From NCBI GenBank assembly GCA_964016885.1, contig OZ024743.1, forward strand, positions 336,412,001 through 336,476,000: a DNA stretch of 64,000 nt, in the 5' to 3' direction. The notes beneath the pieces were generated by a model. It worked only from the letters and a program-made list of their open reading frames with translations. It searched no databases and was not told the origin of the DNA. Positions 50,805 through 64,000 of the stretch are shown in pieces (the stretch's first letter is position 1; each line of letters starts with the position of its first letter). This DNA is from Eledone cirrhosa (taxonomy: Eukaryota). The translations under genes and the position numbers were made by a program.

Positions 50805-53800
50805 GTGCTGACCTACGAAAAAACATAGGACATGTGATAATGCTCCTTACATGCAAACAAACACAAAAAAACCTCACTCCTCACGAACAAAGAGTGAAAA
50901 ATAAAATAGAGACGATGTTTGGTAACAGTAGAACCAGAACTCTCCAATATAAGCTGATCACCCTCAAACAAGAATTGAGAGCTGTTAGCGAAAAACGCCG
51001 ATACCTGAAGAAGGTAGATGAGAGAAAAATGCTTAATAAAAGATTCAGACGAAACCAAACATCAGTCTATAGAGATATGAAGGGCAAAATAATAAGTGTC
51101 ACTGAGGCCCCATCCCAGAAAGACATAGATTCCTTTTGGAGAAAAATATGGGGTGAAAAGAAGAATTTCAACCAAGATGCAGTGTGGCTAAGAGAAATCC
51201 GAAAGAACTATTGCTCCTACACTACAACAAAAACATACGAAATAAGTGAGGGTACCCTTGAGACTGTGATAGAAAAACTCCAAGATAAGAAAACACCAGG
51301 AAGAGACATGATTGTCGGCTACTTGTACAAAAAACTAATATTCTATCGGAGGTATCTTACTGACCTCTACCAACAAGTTCTTAAGGGAGATACACTTATA
51401 CCAGAATGGTTGACATTAGCACAAACGTTACTGGTCCCCAAGAACAAAGACACCCACTTGGCAAAAAACTACCGACCCATTGCATGCCAGAACCTGATGT
51501 ATAAGATGTATACAGCCTGCCTCAACCTATTCCTCCAAGATCACTGTGAAAATAATAACATCATCACAGATGAACAAGCAGCTGGAAAGAAGAGGGTTTG
51601 GGGATGTGCTGAACAACTCCTAATCAACAAAACTGCGATTTAGGAGGTACGACAACTTAGGAGGAATATGACTACAGTCTGGCTGGACTACCAGAAAGCT
51701 TTCGATTCTGTTCCCCCCACTCTTGGATGATAGAGGCCCTCCAACTTGCTAAAGTCCCAGACATTATTGTCAGAGCCATATAGAGGCTGTCTTCTTCTTG
51801 GGCTACTATCCTAAGGTTAAAGACAGAGAGGGAGGACTCTATTTTCACTGATAAAATAAAATATTGCAGGGGTATATTTCAGGGGGACAGTCTCTCTGTG
51901 ATATTGTTAATCTTGTCATTAAACCCCTTGTTCTTTCTGCTCAAGAAATGTGAGGGATACATCATTGGCTCACAGGAGGACAGAAATACGAACCTAACCC
52001 ATAACTTCTTTGTGGACGATCTGAAACTCTATGCCAAGAACATGGATGGGATGAAGAAAAATCTTGACCTGGTTACAACGTTCTCAAAGGATATAGGAAT
52101 GGAGTTTGGCAAAGATAAATGCTCATACATGACTGTAAAGCGAGGAAAAGCAACAACCCAATCTAGCAACATTGTCATCAATGGCCTAACTGTTTCACCG
52201 ATATCTGATGAGAACTGCTACAGATACCTGGGGATAGATGAGAACATATTCTATAATGGTATCTGTAATAAAGAACGCGTAACCAGGGAATACTACACCC
52301 GATTAAGAAAGATATAGTCATCGGAATTCTCTGCGCAAAACAAAACAGTGGCTCACAATGTGTTTGCTTTGCCTGTCCTAACACCAACGTTTGGAATACT
52401 CAATTGGACGATAGACGAAATCCGAGCAGTTGATGTTGGAACTCGAAAAATACTGAACAACACCGGAAACTTCCACATCAACAGTGACATAGACCGCCTT
52501 TACTTGAAACGTAAGCAGGGAGGCAGAGGCCTAACATCAGTCCAGACAACATTTGAATGTCGCATCATATCTCTCCGACAACATCTACGAACCTCGAAGC
52601 GTAGGAGTCCGCTTCTCGAGCAAGTCTATCTGCATGAAACAGATAAGATCATGAGAGTTGGGAAGGAACTCCTTGAGAAATATTCCCTGTGTGATAATCA
52701 AAAACTCACACCCAGGGATGTCGCTCAGCAGTATCGCAGTGAATCCATGGATAAAAACTGCATACCTATCAGCAAAAAATCATGCATGGATATGTTGCCA
52801 GGAAGCTCCAGAGTGAGAGTAATATAGATAAGGAAAGTAGTCTATCTTGGACCAACAACTGCTATATTGGCTCCCACTTTGCAGGATACGCTTTTGCAAT
52901 CCAAGAACAGGATATTAGCACGAAATATCTGATTCACAAAAGAGATAGGGATGCAGGCAAAACACCTAGATGTGATAACAGGTGCAGACTCTGCAGAACT
53001 AACATCGAGGATATCACCCATGTCATCAGCAGCTGCCCAAAGATGTCATCGCGGTACTATCTACCTATGAGGCATGATGTTGTGGCCAAAACACTGTACA
53101 ATGCAGTTCGTAAAAAAGATAGCCCCGATAACAAACACATTAAAAGCTACAACAATGTGGAAGACATCCATATACATAATATGAAAGAGTACTGGTGGAA
53201 TGTTCCAGTAAAAACCCCAATAAAATGCAGTCATAACAGACCAGATATTATGATATGGGACAGGGAGAAGAAAACATGCACAGTAGTGGAAATTAGCTGC
53301 CCAGCAGATGCCAATATAATATCAAAGATTAGTGAAAAGGAGAATATGTATGCAGAACTGATGAGAAATCTGTAGATACTCCACCCTGATTACACCTTCA
53401 GATTTATGCCTGTGATTATTGGGGCACTGGGATATATTAGTAACTGCCTCAATACAAATCTTGAGAAGCTAGGCTTCACAGGAACAGAAAGAACACAACT
53501 AGTTAGGAAATTACAAGTACAATCCATTAATGGAACAGTAAAAATATGTAAAAATATTCCAAAAATGTTGCATCTAATAACTGCATATACACATGTACAG
53601 ATACAAAGCATATACACATGCACACATACAACTCAAAACATCCACATCCACACATACAATAACATCCATATCTACACATGCATGCATGCAGACATACATA
53701 CATATCTACCGAGTTGATATTGTATAAATTCCAATGAGAGAGTCTTGTGTCTATGTTAGAAACCGACTCTCTCTCTATTGGTAACACTTTGTGAAATTAT

Positions 53801-53813
53801 AAAACCAGAAGAA
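50805..53813 (+). mobile_element. Second R4/Dong-clade LINE (different subfamily, decayed) in (CATA)n
   Basis: NYRPIAC, WLDYQKAFDSV, FFVDDLKLY, CRLC..HVISSC, HNRPDIMIWD..VEISCP; several stops and frameshifts. Confidence 0.92.
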
Positions 53814-53838
53814 CATACATACATATATATACATACAC

Positions 53839-53869
<31 letters not shown>

Positions 53870-53891
53870 CATACATACATACATACATACA

Positions 53892-53923
<32 letters not shown>

Positions 53924-53924
53924 C

Positions 53925-54538
53925 ATGGTGGTGGCTGCCAACTCGTTTTCGAGTACGGCCACTACTTTATATCCATGTAGGAGAACCCCTACTGATGCGC
54001 TGAACGAGTGTGACTTTTTAGTCCAGCCAGTGACATGAACACACTGGTACAAACACTACACTTGTGACAATTACTGACACATAGTGCTGGGCCCATGGTA
54101 CCATGTGATGACAAGTGCGGAGAGATCTCCAGATATAAAGCAATGCCTGTGCCGTGAAGCTTTTATAGTGAGCAAAGGCATTGCACAAAGCCAGTCCCAC
54201 TCTCTTAACCAAGATGATATTTACCAAAAAGAAGAACAAGTCAACATCATTGGATACCATCAGGGTTGCAGGTGTTATATCAGAGTTTTCCTTCTCCTAG
54301 AATTCTGCCTTGACAAAGGCTAAGGGCTCATCTCTCCCGGTGATTTTGGATGGCCATTGAATCTTAAGAGATCCTTTGCCCTTTGACAGGTTTTGTTTTT
54401 AGTCCTGCAGGATGTCCAAAGTCACCCTCCTCACCAAGAAAACTTGGTGGGTTGCCAGTTTAGTCGCCAACGACCCGACCATGGGACAGGTTGTACTGGG
54501 ATACATGTTACCAGTAGCACCAACTGGTGACCTAACAT
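53925..54538 (-). mobile_element. ~610-bp RTE-derived non-autonomous element, copy 2
   Basis: As copy 1; (ATGT)n tail runs toward 53814. Confidence 0.85.
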
Positions 54539-54718
54539 ACATACATTCATATATACATACATACATTTACGTATGTATATAGTTATGAATTTATACATTT
54601 GTATATATACATGCATTTATATTTAAGTGTGTAAGGTTATATATATATATGTGTGTCTGTGTTTGTGTGTGTGTGTATAATATATATATTATATACACAC
54701 ACACATATATATATATAT

Positions 54719-54765
<47 letters not shown>

Positions 54766-55151
54766 GTGTGGCAAGAAGCTTGTTTCCCAACCACATATTT
54801 CCGGTTTCAGTCCCACTGCCCGGGCCGACCAAAGCCCTGTGAGTGGATTTGATAGATCGAAACTAAAAGAAGCCCGTTGTATATATGTATATATGTCTGT
54901 GTGTGTCTACGTTTGTTGTTTGCCCTCCCACCAATGCTTTGTTGACGTCCCCATAACGTACCAAGGTGATGCTCAAGCATGGGCGTAGTCCAGAGACAGA
55001 AAAAAAGTAAAATATATATGTGCGTGTGTGTGTGTGTGTCGGTGTAGAAGAGGGGTCTAAAACTCAAGGACACAAAAGGGCTATTACGTCCTAGAGGAGA
55101 GGCACAGTGGGCCAAACGTAGTGGTGGGTGAAGATTTTCACCAGTTATAAT

Positions 55152-55364
55152 TATTTCTACTATAGGAACAAGGCATGAAGTTTGGGGTTTAAGGTTCAGT
55201 CGATTGCATCGATCCTAGTACACAACTGGTACTTAATTCATCGACCCCAAAAGGATGTAAGGCAAAGTTGAGATCGGTGACATTTGAACTCAGTACGTAA
55301 AACGGAAGAAGTACCGTTAAGCATTTCACCAGATGTGCTAACGATTCCACCAGCTCACCGCCTT
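55152..55364 (-). mobile_element. SINE family A with 18-bp TSD
   Basis: TSD attttcaccagttataat at 55134-55151 and 55365-55382. Confidence 0.85.
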
Positions 55365-55530
55365 ATTTTCACCAGTTATAATGCAATATGAAATATTGGT
55401 TCTACCACGGGCCACAGATAAGTAGTTCGCGGGCCGCATGCGTGAGCCCCCTGTTGGAGATAGATAGATAGATGTGTACCAAACACACAGACATATATTA
55501 CTCTCTCTGTCCCTCCCTCTTTCTCTGTTC

Positions 55531-55628
<98 letters not shown>

Positions 55629-55658
55629 AGCGTTGATATTTGGCGTTGTTGAAAAGAG

Positions 55659-55720
55659 CAGTGGCCTTTGACCTGGCAATAAAAAACTGTAGACATAATT
55701 CTATCTGTACCCAAACCAAG

Positions 55721-55754
<34 letters not shown>

Positions 55755-57689
55755 GTTTGTGCGTGTGTATGTATATGTGTGTCTGTGTGTGTGTGTGCGC
55801 GCGCGCGCAAGCGCGTCTATGTGTGTGTGTGTGTGTCTGTGTATCTATCTATGTATATATAAGGGATACAATACTACTTTCTCACTGTCTCCAAACTTCT
55901 CAATTCATTCGTTGCTAAGTATTTTATTTTGCTACGAGGTATTTTATTTTGCAAGGTACTATTTTTCCCCTGAGTTGAGAAAAGTAAGAAATTCTTCATA
56001 TTTTACATCTTTTGTATTTTGACTTTACAGTTTGAATTGTAGAATTCTTTATCCAATCAAAATATTACAACAGCTAACAGTGAAATATAGAATTTTTAAA
56101 AAAGCTTTTTCGAGTGAAATCAAGTCTTTAAGAACATTCACGTCTATTTTTCAAAAATATATAATTTGAAATAGTTTGCTTTTGTTTTGGACTGAAACTT
56201 TTTTTGTATTTAATTCGAACGGGTATTTTTTAAAGATCTTTTTAAAGATTCTAACATAACTTGATTTGGCCCATTACGTGCACTGCGGCATTCATATTTC
56301 TCAACTTATTATAGCTAAGTCCGTACAACAAGCTTCACTTATCAAAAATGTTCTAGGTTACGTGAATGAATTGCGGAAACTATATGGTACATCAGGGAAA
56401 TTTAAGCACGCGTATTTATCACAACATGATGAAGAAAATGAAGTATCGTCACCACGCTCCTTAAAACCTGTGTGCCCTACTCGATGGCTAACACGACTTT
56501 CTGCAGTCAAAGCCCTTCTTGACAATTATTCAGATGTCCCTATTTCTTTACAAGAGGCAACAAATGAGTTTAGCACCAACATTGCATCCAGAGCTAATGT
56601 TATTCTTACGTGTCACTCTCCGGGCCAATGTGTTCTTGGATTGCACGTTGTAGTTCCATTACTTCAATTCCTTGAAGGATTGAACAAATCTTTTCAAAGT
56701 ACCACCTTCAATCTAGGTAGCATGTTGCATAGTGTCAAACTGGTGCAGGAGGAACTAAAAAATCTACGCAGTGAAGAAAAATTTTAGGAGTTGTTCAATA
56801 CAGCAGAAAAAATGATTTATCAACTCGATATTTCTCCTTTGGTGCTACCCAGGCAACGAAAAGTTCCTAAAAGATACCAGGAAGGAAATGCGTTAAAATA
56901 TCAACACTGCACTGCTTTGGATCATTACAGAGTGCAGTATTTGCAGGTAGTGGATACTGCAATATCAAATTTGAAAGATTATTTTTTTTCACAGGATTTA
57001 GCAGATTCTGAAAAACAGCAATATTTTACTCAATGGAAATTTTTGTGCTGAAGTAATCATGCACTATCCAGAGCTTGATGAATTTTCTTTAAGGAACGAA
57101 ATACTTTTTTATAGAAATCATCATAATGGATCATCTCTCGAGGATCATCGTAAAATATTCGGTGAAATGCAACCAGAAGTCCGTCGCATGTTTCTAAATG
57201 TTGAGCGATTGCTCAGGCTACTTTTAATGTTTCAAACCAGTCCTTGTGAAGCTGAAAGATCTTTTAGCGCTCTGCAGAGACTCAAAACTTGGTTGCGATC
57301 GACCATGACTCAGCAAAGGTTGAATCATATTCTAATATGCCACGTTCATAGAGATGTTTTGAAAAAGATTAGTTGTGAAGAAGTTACTAAATTATTTATT
57401 GACAGCAATGATGCGAGATATGATACATTTGGAAAGTTCTAAAAGACAATAAATTTACTTTATATGATTTTTATTCAAATGTCTATGTTTTATTTTTGTT
57501 TATTTGATATAATAAATACTTTTTAAGCTTATTTTTTATATCTGAACTTCATTTGAATATATAAAATTTAATTAGCGTAACATTTTACTTATGTAATAGG
57601 GTTCAGGAAAGACACCATAAGTAATACTAAAATGCTCCAACAAATGTTGGTTTGTCCCCCTCACATTTTTAAGGCAAACGAGGTCCCTG
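55659..57689 (+). mobile_element. Internally deleted hAT transposon (Tip100/Blackjack-like) nested in the Buster element
   Basis: 8-bp TSD GAAAAGAG at 55651-55658 and 57690-57697; ends cagtggcct / aggtccctg; transposase fragments 56266-57442 (YVHC..H, CPTRW, EAERSFSAL.RLKTWLRSTM..RLN). Confidence 0.85.
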
Positions 57690-57942
57690 GAAAAGAGCAA
57701 CATTATTCATGAATTGAATTCACTAACCCGTTCATCACCGTGTTCGGCTTGACCTCGATACTTCAGCTCATTCTTACTAATATTCGGTTTGCTTGAACCC
57801 ATCTTCTCTTCATTGCATTTTCACATCATTTATTCTATAACTAGATTGTTGCTATTCCTATATAAACTGACTGTTTATACTACGATCAAGTCTTGTTATA
57901 GCCTTGGGCTTAAGGAAGTGCTTTTGTAGTATTCAACAGTCA

Positions 57943-58746
57943 TCTGTATATATATAAAATTAAGTATGTGTGAGTGTGTCTGTGTATTACCTATAGGGGC
58001 CTACATCTTACGACCGATTTTCATGAAACTTTACAGGCTCATAGATTACTCATCGGGGAATGTTTTCTATATATCAGCGTATTTTTTTTATTCCGTGGTC
58101 ATTCTGCAGATAAAAATCGATAGGGGGGGTCACCTTTTTTTAGGTATCGAAAAATAAGATTTTTGGCTCTAGCTCCCACATTTTTGCCACCGATTTCGTT
58201 CAAATTTTAAAGCAAAATAGAATTTATCATTGCACATCCTGTAATGGCTTTATATTTTGAATTTGTTGTTCAGGGACGGCGTGGCAGTCGCTTAAATATT
58301 CAAAAATATCACTTTTAGACTCAAATTTCCACTATTTCGGCTCTAGCTCCCACATTAATCAACCTACTTTGTTCAAATTTTACACTACGCTAGATCTGAT
58401 TATTTCACGTCTTAAAGTGGCTTTACATTTTGGATTATTTTGTTCAGAAACGGCGTGGCAGCCGCTTAAATATTCGAAGATACCACTTTTTCGCTCAAAT
58501 TTCCGCCTTTTCGGCTCTAGTCTACATTTTTCAACCGAATTCGTTCAAATTCGAAACTCCCTCCCCCAGCATGCTCCTTCGTCAGTCACCCGTGTTTCTC
58601 AGTGATAGAAGTCATCACCACCCTCCTCCGCATGGCTTGTGTGTGGCCATAGATGAGTCATCGAGAAGCAGTCGCTAAGATCAACACCTTTTCATCAAAG
58701 CAGATATTATTTTACTTACCCAGGCAACGCTGGGTAGTGCTGCTAG
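57943..58746 (+). mobile_element. Non-autonomous Helitron
   Basis: A|TC 5' end; subterminal hairpin tacccag gcaacg ctgggta; CTAG|T 3' end; internal ~175-bp tandem repeats. Confidence 0.85.
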
Positions 58747-59064
58747 TCCATTATAATTGCAGCACCATTACAAGAATATCACAGTGATGCATTAAGGTAA
58801 GGGCGATAATTTGAGTAACTCTGACTAATAAGTAATGCCTTAACTTAGTATTATCGCGTCTTATCACTACGTGCTTAATTGATGAATTTCATTTCAAAAT
58901 AGCACATTACTAGTCATTCTTGCATTAAGTTCTATTGAACTCGTTGCTTCATTGATCCTTTATTGAGTCTGACACCTTAATTCCCTCAAGTTAAGTTATT
59001 ACTATTCCTACATGAAAGACTGGTTAATCTTCATATATAACTTGTCTCGACTTGGTTAACACCC

Positions 59065-60752
59065 ATGTGTTTAATTTGCAAGGAGTCCTTTTCGAATGAG
59101 GCGATAAAGCCATCGCGTTTGAGTAGACACCTGGAGATGAGGCACCCCGATAAGAGATATAAAGATTTAGCATACTTTCAGTCTCTTAGGGACCAATTTC
59201 AGAAAACAACACTAATTTCTTCTGCCTTTTCAAAAGTTGAAGCTTCAAATGTTGATGGACTTGTCTCATCTTACAATATTGCCAACATAATCTCAAAGTG
59301 TGTCAAGCCCCATTCCTTGGGTGAAACATTGGTAGCTCCTGTCATCTCAGAAGTTCTTTCAACAGTACTACATCAGAACCCGATAAAGACCTTGAAATGT
59401 ATTCCGTTGAGTAACGACTCAATAAGGAGACGCTTCGACGAAATGACGGAAAATGTTGAACAAAAATTATGCAACATCTTGAAATCGACACAATTTGCTT
59501 TGCAACTTGATGAAAGCACACTTTCCGGGAATCAGTCCTTACTACTGGGATACGTGCGATTTTTCCACCAAAACGAAATGCACGAGGAGCTTCTATTCAC
59601 TCTGAATCTAGCCACAGATACTAAAGGTGCCACCATCCTTGAATCTGTCAAGGGATACCTCGAAGAAAAAGAGATACTTCTTAACAATATTGTATCATGT
59701 GCTACGGACGGCGCAGAAGCAATGGTCGGCCAACATAAGGGTTTCGTCTCTCTTCTGAAGAGGGAAAATCCATCTGTATTTGCTGTTCATTGTGTCATTC
59801 ATCGACAACACTTGGCTGCGAAGAAACTCAGCGAGCCGCTGAGCAAGTCTTTGCAGGTAGCCATTGATGTCATCAATTATATCAAACGCCATGCCCTCAA
59901 TGAACGAATTTTCCGGCAACTGTGCGAAGATAATGACGAAGAATTCGTCGAGTTGCTCCTTCATGGTGAATTGAGGTGGCTTTCAAAGGGCAAGTGCCTT
60001 ACTCGCTTCTTTGAACTGTTCGACTTTATCATTGAGTTCCTTCGAGGACGCAACACAGAACTGTATAAAAAAAAACCTCGATGTGAGGCAAGACTGCGCC
60101 TACTTCGCCGACATCTTCGACAAATGCAATAGCCTCATTATGGCTTTGCAGGGGGAAAAGATCACCTTGTTTAAAGCAAGGAATGCTGTGAAAATATTCC
60201 TGGCCAAATTGAAAGTCATCGAAAGGAATCTTTGTCGACGGGAATTCTATAATGTTCCTAGTGTCGCCAATGTTCAAAACATTGTAAGCGATGACCAACT
60301 CCAAATGTATACCGCGCACCTCCGTTCACTACAGGACAACATGAGAGAACGGTTTGTCGACCTTTTGCAGATGGACATGTCAATATGGATAGCAGATCCC
60401 TTCATAGCTAACGTCGACGATTTGGACGTTAAATTTCAGGAAGAATTAATTGAACTTCAGACATGACATTATCAAAATTAAATTTTCCAAAATAGGTGAA
60501 CCCCTTTTTTGGATGCAAGAGGAAATTCAACGTCGATTTCCACTCCTATATGCACAGGCTAAGAGATTTGCTTTGCCTCTTTCTAGCTCATACTTAGTCG
60601 AGAGGGGGTTTGGCGCTGTTTCCAGACTGCACAGTAAGGCTCGCAACCGCTACAATGTGATTACACGTGGAGATCTCCGGCTACATCTTACGAAAATCCA
60701 GCCAGACGTCAAAGAGTTAGCTAAACTCCATGAAGCTCAAAGGTCCCATTGA
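59065..60752 (+). pseudogene. hAT Buster-type transposase pseudogene
   Basis: MCLIC..SNEAIKPSRL.RHL (BED finger), LQLDEST, CATDGA, HCVIH, RWLSKG, SSYLVERGF; frameshift at the A-run near 60070 and stop near 60464. Confidence 0.92.
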
Positions 60753-61524
60753 AACGAGATGAAAGTAAGTCGATTTTTTATTTGTAGTTGCAGTCTGACT
60801 GGACTGGAAACCATCTACCACAATTCACTTAATCATTTGTTGTATATATTTTACCGTTTACTAATGAATATACCCTCTTACGTGGTCATGAAAACCCTCT
60901 TCCGTGGTCTCTAAGCTCACAAAGCGGAGAGGACATCAAGTTAGATATCAACATTTATTCTGTCCGTTTCATTAAAGGGAAAATCGGAAAGCTTTGAAAT
61001 AATACAATTGCCACTTTCTTCCAGATAAGAGCACTCTTTGGATAGACAGAGTTGCTCTTGTATAAATGTTCAAAATAGCTGGTATCGTCTGGTGGGAATA
61101 TAACAAATTCAATTGGTCCTTATTCATAAAAAAGAACATTTATGTTTCTTTTTTTGAAAAATGTATATACTTCCTTTCAAGGAATGTATTTATACTTTCA
61201 ACTGCCTGCAATGGTATCTTTGGAATATCGTTAATAAATTTTTTAGTAATCTACTGATATCAAAATCAGTAGTATATTGAAAAATGGAAAAATAGGGGGG
61301 GGGGGGCGTTTCGTGATTTCGAGGGGCAAAAGGGGGCGTTTGGCCGAAATGAGTTGAGAACCTTTGCTCTACATCTATCTCTTTCTTTCCACTCCTTTTC
61401 TTTCTTTATCTCTCTCCCTCTAACTGTTTCACTCATTTTCCCACGTTATTTCTAAAGCTATCTTCTTTCAATGTATATATATACAGTATATAAAATTTCC
61501 CATCATGCTATCTAAATAATACCC

Positions 61525-62960
61525 TATGATAGGCGGCTCCGTAAGATTCCGCTCAAGATCCCGAGAGCAGCCCGGCTACCGGTAGCCGATGCCCTCGCTT
61601 CCTCAATCGAGAGGGCCCTGGACTCTATCGAGCCAGCGACTGGGAACGCCTCTTTTATTTCGCTCCACTCACCCCTGACCTCCTCTATCTCTGACCGAGG
61701 CGGCATGTCGACATCAGCTTTTGTCAAAACTAATGTTTTGACCTTTGAGCAAGCGCCCATCCCAAGTGTGCCGATGGACGCCACACCCTCTGCTCTCGGG
61801 TGCCTTTGATTCTCCACCTCTGAAGCCAGCGCGTAAACGCCAAACTAATCATGGGTGATGTCTTGGTCAGTCAGAGTGGTTGCCTCGGAGGACACTGCCC
61901 GCCAACCCACCGAGAAAGTCCTGGCTGCCCTGTGGCTTAAGCAGTCTGAGCCGCCCGCCAACCTTAGACCCATACCCCCACCTGATCCTCACTTGCTCTT
62001 TCTGGCTTCCGACGCAGACATCATGTCTGCCATCAAGTCCTTCCCAGTCAGCAGCAGCGGAGATGCTGATGGTCTCCGATCTGACCACCTCAAGGAGGTC
62101 CTAATCCTCCTCTCCGCTGAGGCTGGGAACCGCCTTCTGAGTGCAATTGTGGAACTCACCAATAGGCTCATCCATGGCGCCCTTGGCTTCGTTACATCTG
62201 AACTGGGCGAGGTGCTCAGTCAGTTGGATCTGAGTGTCCCGTGGCTGTGAGGAAGCCGCACATGCAACCAGGCAGTTCTTCAATAGCTGCCTACTGGAAC
62301 CGGCATCCAGGGACTCCAGGCACCTCATTGTCAAGCTTGACATGAGGAATGCCTTCAACTCTTTACGCCATGACCATCTGCTCGATGCCTGCCTCAGCCA
62401 AGTCCCCCTTGCCAACCCGCTGGCCTACCTGTCATATGGAGTCCCGAGCATGCTCCTTGCTGCTGATACGATCATAACTTCAGCCACTGGGGTCCAACAG
62501 GGTGACTTTTTAGGCCCCCCTCCTATTTGCTCTTGGCATAGACCACATTGCCCGGGGTATCACAGCCCCTCTCAATGTTTGGTACCTGGATGATGCTACG
62601 TTGGGCGGGCCCGGGGAGACTGTCTGCCATGACCTACAATCAGTGGTTCCTGCTCTGGCGGGAATCTGCCTCCAGATCAACTTGTCCAAGTCGGAGGTGG
62701 TGAATGATGTCCACCACGATGCTGAGAGCTTTGCAGCCTCCGTCTCGGACGTGCGGTCCATACTCCTCCAAGTACAGGTGACCCCCAAAGAGGATGTCCT
62801 CATCCTTGGGTCAGCGATCCACCTGCCGACTGTCAGCTCTACCATTAGGTCCAGGCTCCAGCAAGTCAAGACCCTCACGAGCCGACTGGGCATGATTGAC
62901 GCCCACCGATCCCTCTTCCTGTTGAGGAACTGTTTCGCTATGCTGAAGCTCCTGTATACT
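61525..62960 (+). mobile_element. Decayed CRE-clade non-LTR retrotransposon fragment
   Basis: KIPRAAR..ADAL, SFP.SS..ADGLRSDHL, GCEEAAHA.R, KLDMRNAFNS, GVQQGD.LGP, WYLDDATLGG; internal deletion; cut by the element at 62964. Confidence 0.8.
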
Positions 62961-62963
62961 CTT

Positions 62964-63573
62964 ATGTCAGGTCACCAGTTGGTGCTACTGGTAACATGTA
63001 TCCCAGTACAACCTGTCTCATGGTCGGGTCGTTGGCGACTAAACTGGCAACCCCACCAAGGTTTCTTGGTGAGGGGGGTGACTTTGGACATCCTGCAGGA
63101 CTAAAAACAAAATCTGTCAAAGGGGAAAGGAGTTCTTAAGAGTCAATGGCCATCCAAAATCACCGGGAGAGATGACCCCTTAGCCTTTGACAAGGCAGAA
63201 TTCTAGGAGAAGGAAAACTCTGATATAACACCTGCAACCCTGATGGTATCCAATGATATTGACTTGTTCTTCTTTTTGGTAAATATCATCTTGGTTAAGA
63301 GAGTGGGACTGGCTTTGTGCAGTGCCTTTGCTCACTATAAAAGCTTCACGGCACAGGCATTGCTTTATATCTGGAGATCTCTCTGCACTCGTCGTCACAT
63401 GGTACCATGGGCCCAGCACTATGTGTCAATAATTGTCACAAGTGTAGTGTTTGTACCAGAGTTTTCAAGTCGCTGGCTGGACTAAAAGGTCACACTCGTT
63501 CAGCGCATCAGTAGGAGTTCTCCTACATGGATATAAAGTAGTGGCCGTACTCGAAAACGAGTTGGCAGCCACC

Positions 63574-63575
<2 letters not shown>
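62964..63575 (+). mobile_element. ~610-bp RTE-derived non-autonomous element, copy 3
   Basis: RTE-like 5'UTR motif ctaggagaaggaaaactctga; C2H2 relic [22 protein letters not shown]; 3' stem-loop gtggc..ctcg aaaa cgag..gccac. Confidence 0.85.
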
Positions 63576-63630
<55 letters not shown>

Positions 63631-64000
63631 TTAGAAACACACAGATACATGCGGACACACACATATATACATGAATGCATCCGCACCCAACTGTGAGTTA
63701 AGGGTGCCAACTTCACCGATGTTGCTCAATGAATGACTGGGACAGACCAATTCAGTTTGAACCAGACTGAACCAGTATCAGAGTTAAAAATACATTATGA
63801 AGAGAGAAGAAACATTTAGATATAATTAGCAATAAAATGTATCATACCTAAACTGCTCCTAAATTCCTCGACTACGTAGTTTCGTGGCATAAACAAAAAC
63901 AATATATCAAAGATATAGAGTCCTTGCGATATATATATTGTTATGCTTTGGGAGGGTCATGTTGCCAATAAGAAACACACGCACGTGTTGCTTTCACTTC

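Noticed and set aside
55028-55453. Charlie/MER58-like MITE around the SINE
   Set aside because: Ends are suggestive but degenerate and no TSD is visible

Overview
AT-rich eukaryotic DNA made up almost entirely of (TA)n/(CA)n/(CATA)n microsatellites and transposable elements. The tRNA-derived SINEs resemble those I recognise from octopus genomes, so a cephalopod source is likely (inference). No host protein-coding gene can be called with confidence. Penelope-like elements (PLEs) dominate: one intact Naiad-type element (773-aa RT + GIY-YIG ORF, 9026-11347), three decayed Naiad-type copies, Neptune-type copies, and many solo pseudo-LTRs (pLTRs) carrying hammerhead ribozyme (HHR) motifs. Also present are RTE, Tx1/L1, R4/Dong and CRE-type LINE remnants, three copies of a 610-bp RTE-derived non-autonomous element, and a 14-kb hAT (Buster-type) transposon bounded by an 8-bp TSD that contains nested hAT, Helitron, LINE and SINE insertions. 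The most notable signals all concern the HHRs: non-canonical cores conserved between copies, a 91-nt branched helix II, tandem HHR units resembling retrozymes, and several fold-back insertions whose turning point lies inside the ribozyme. All RNA structures were paired by eye and none has been tested.
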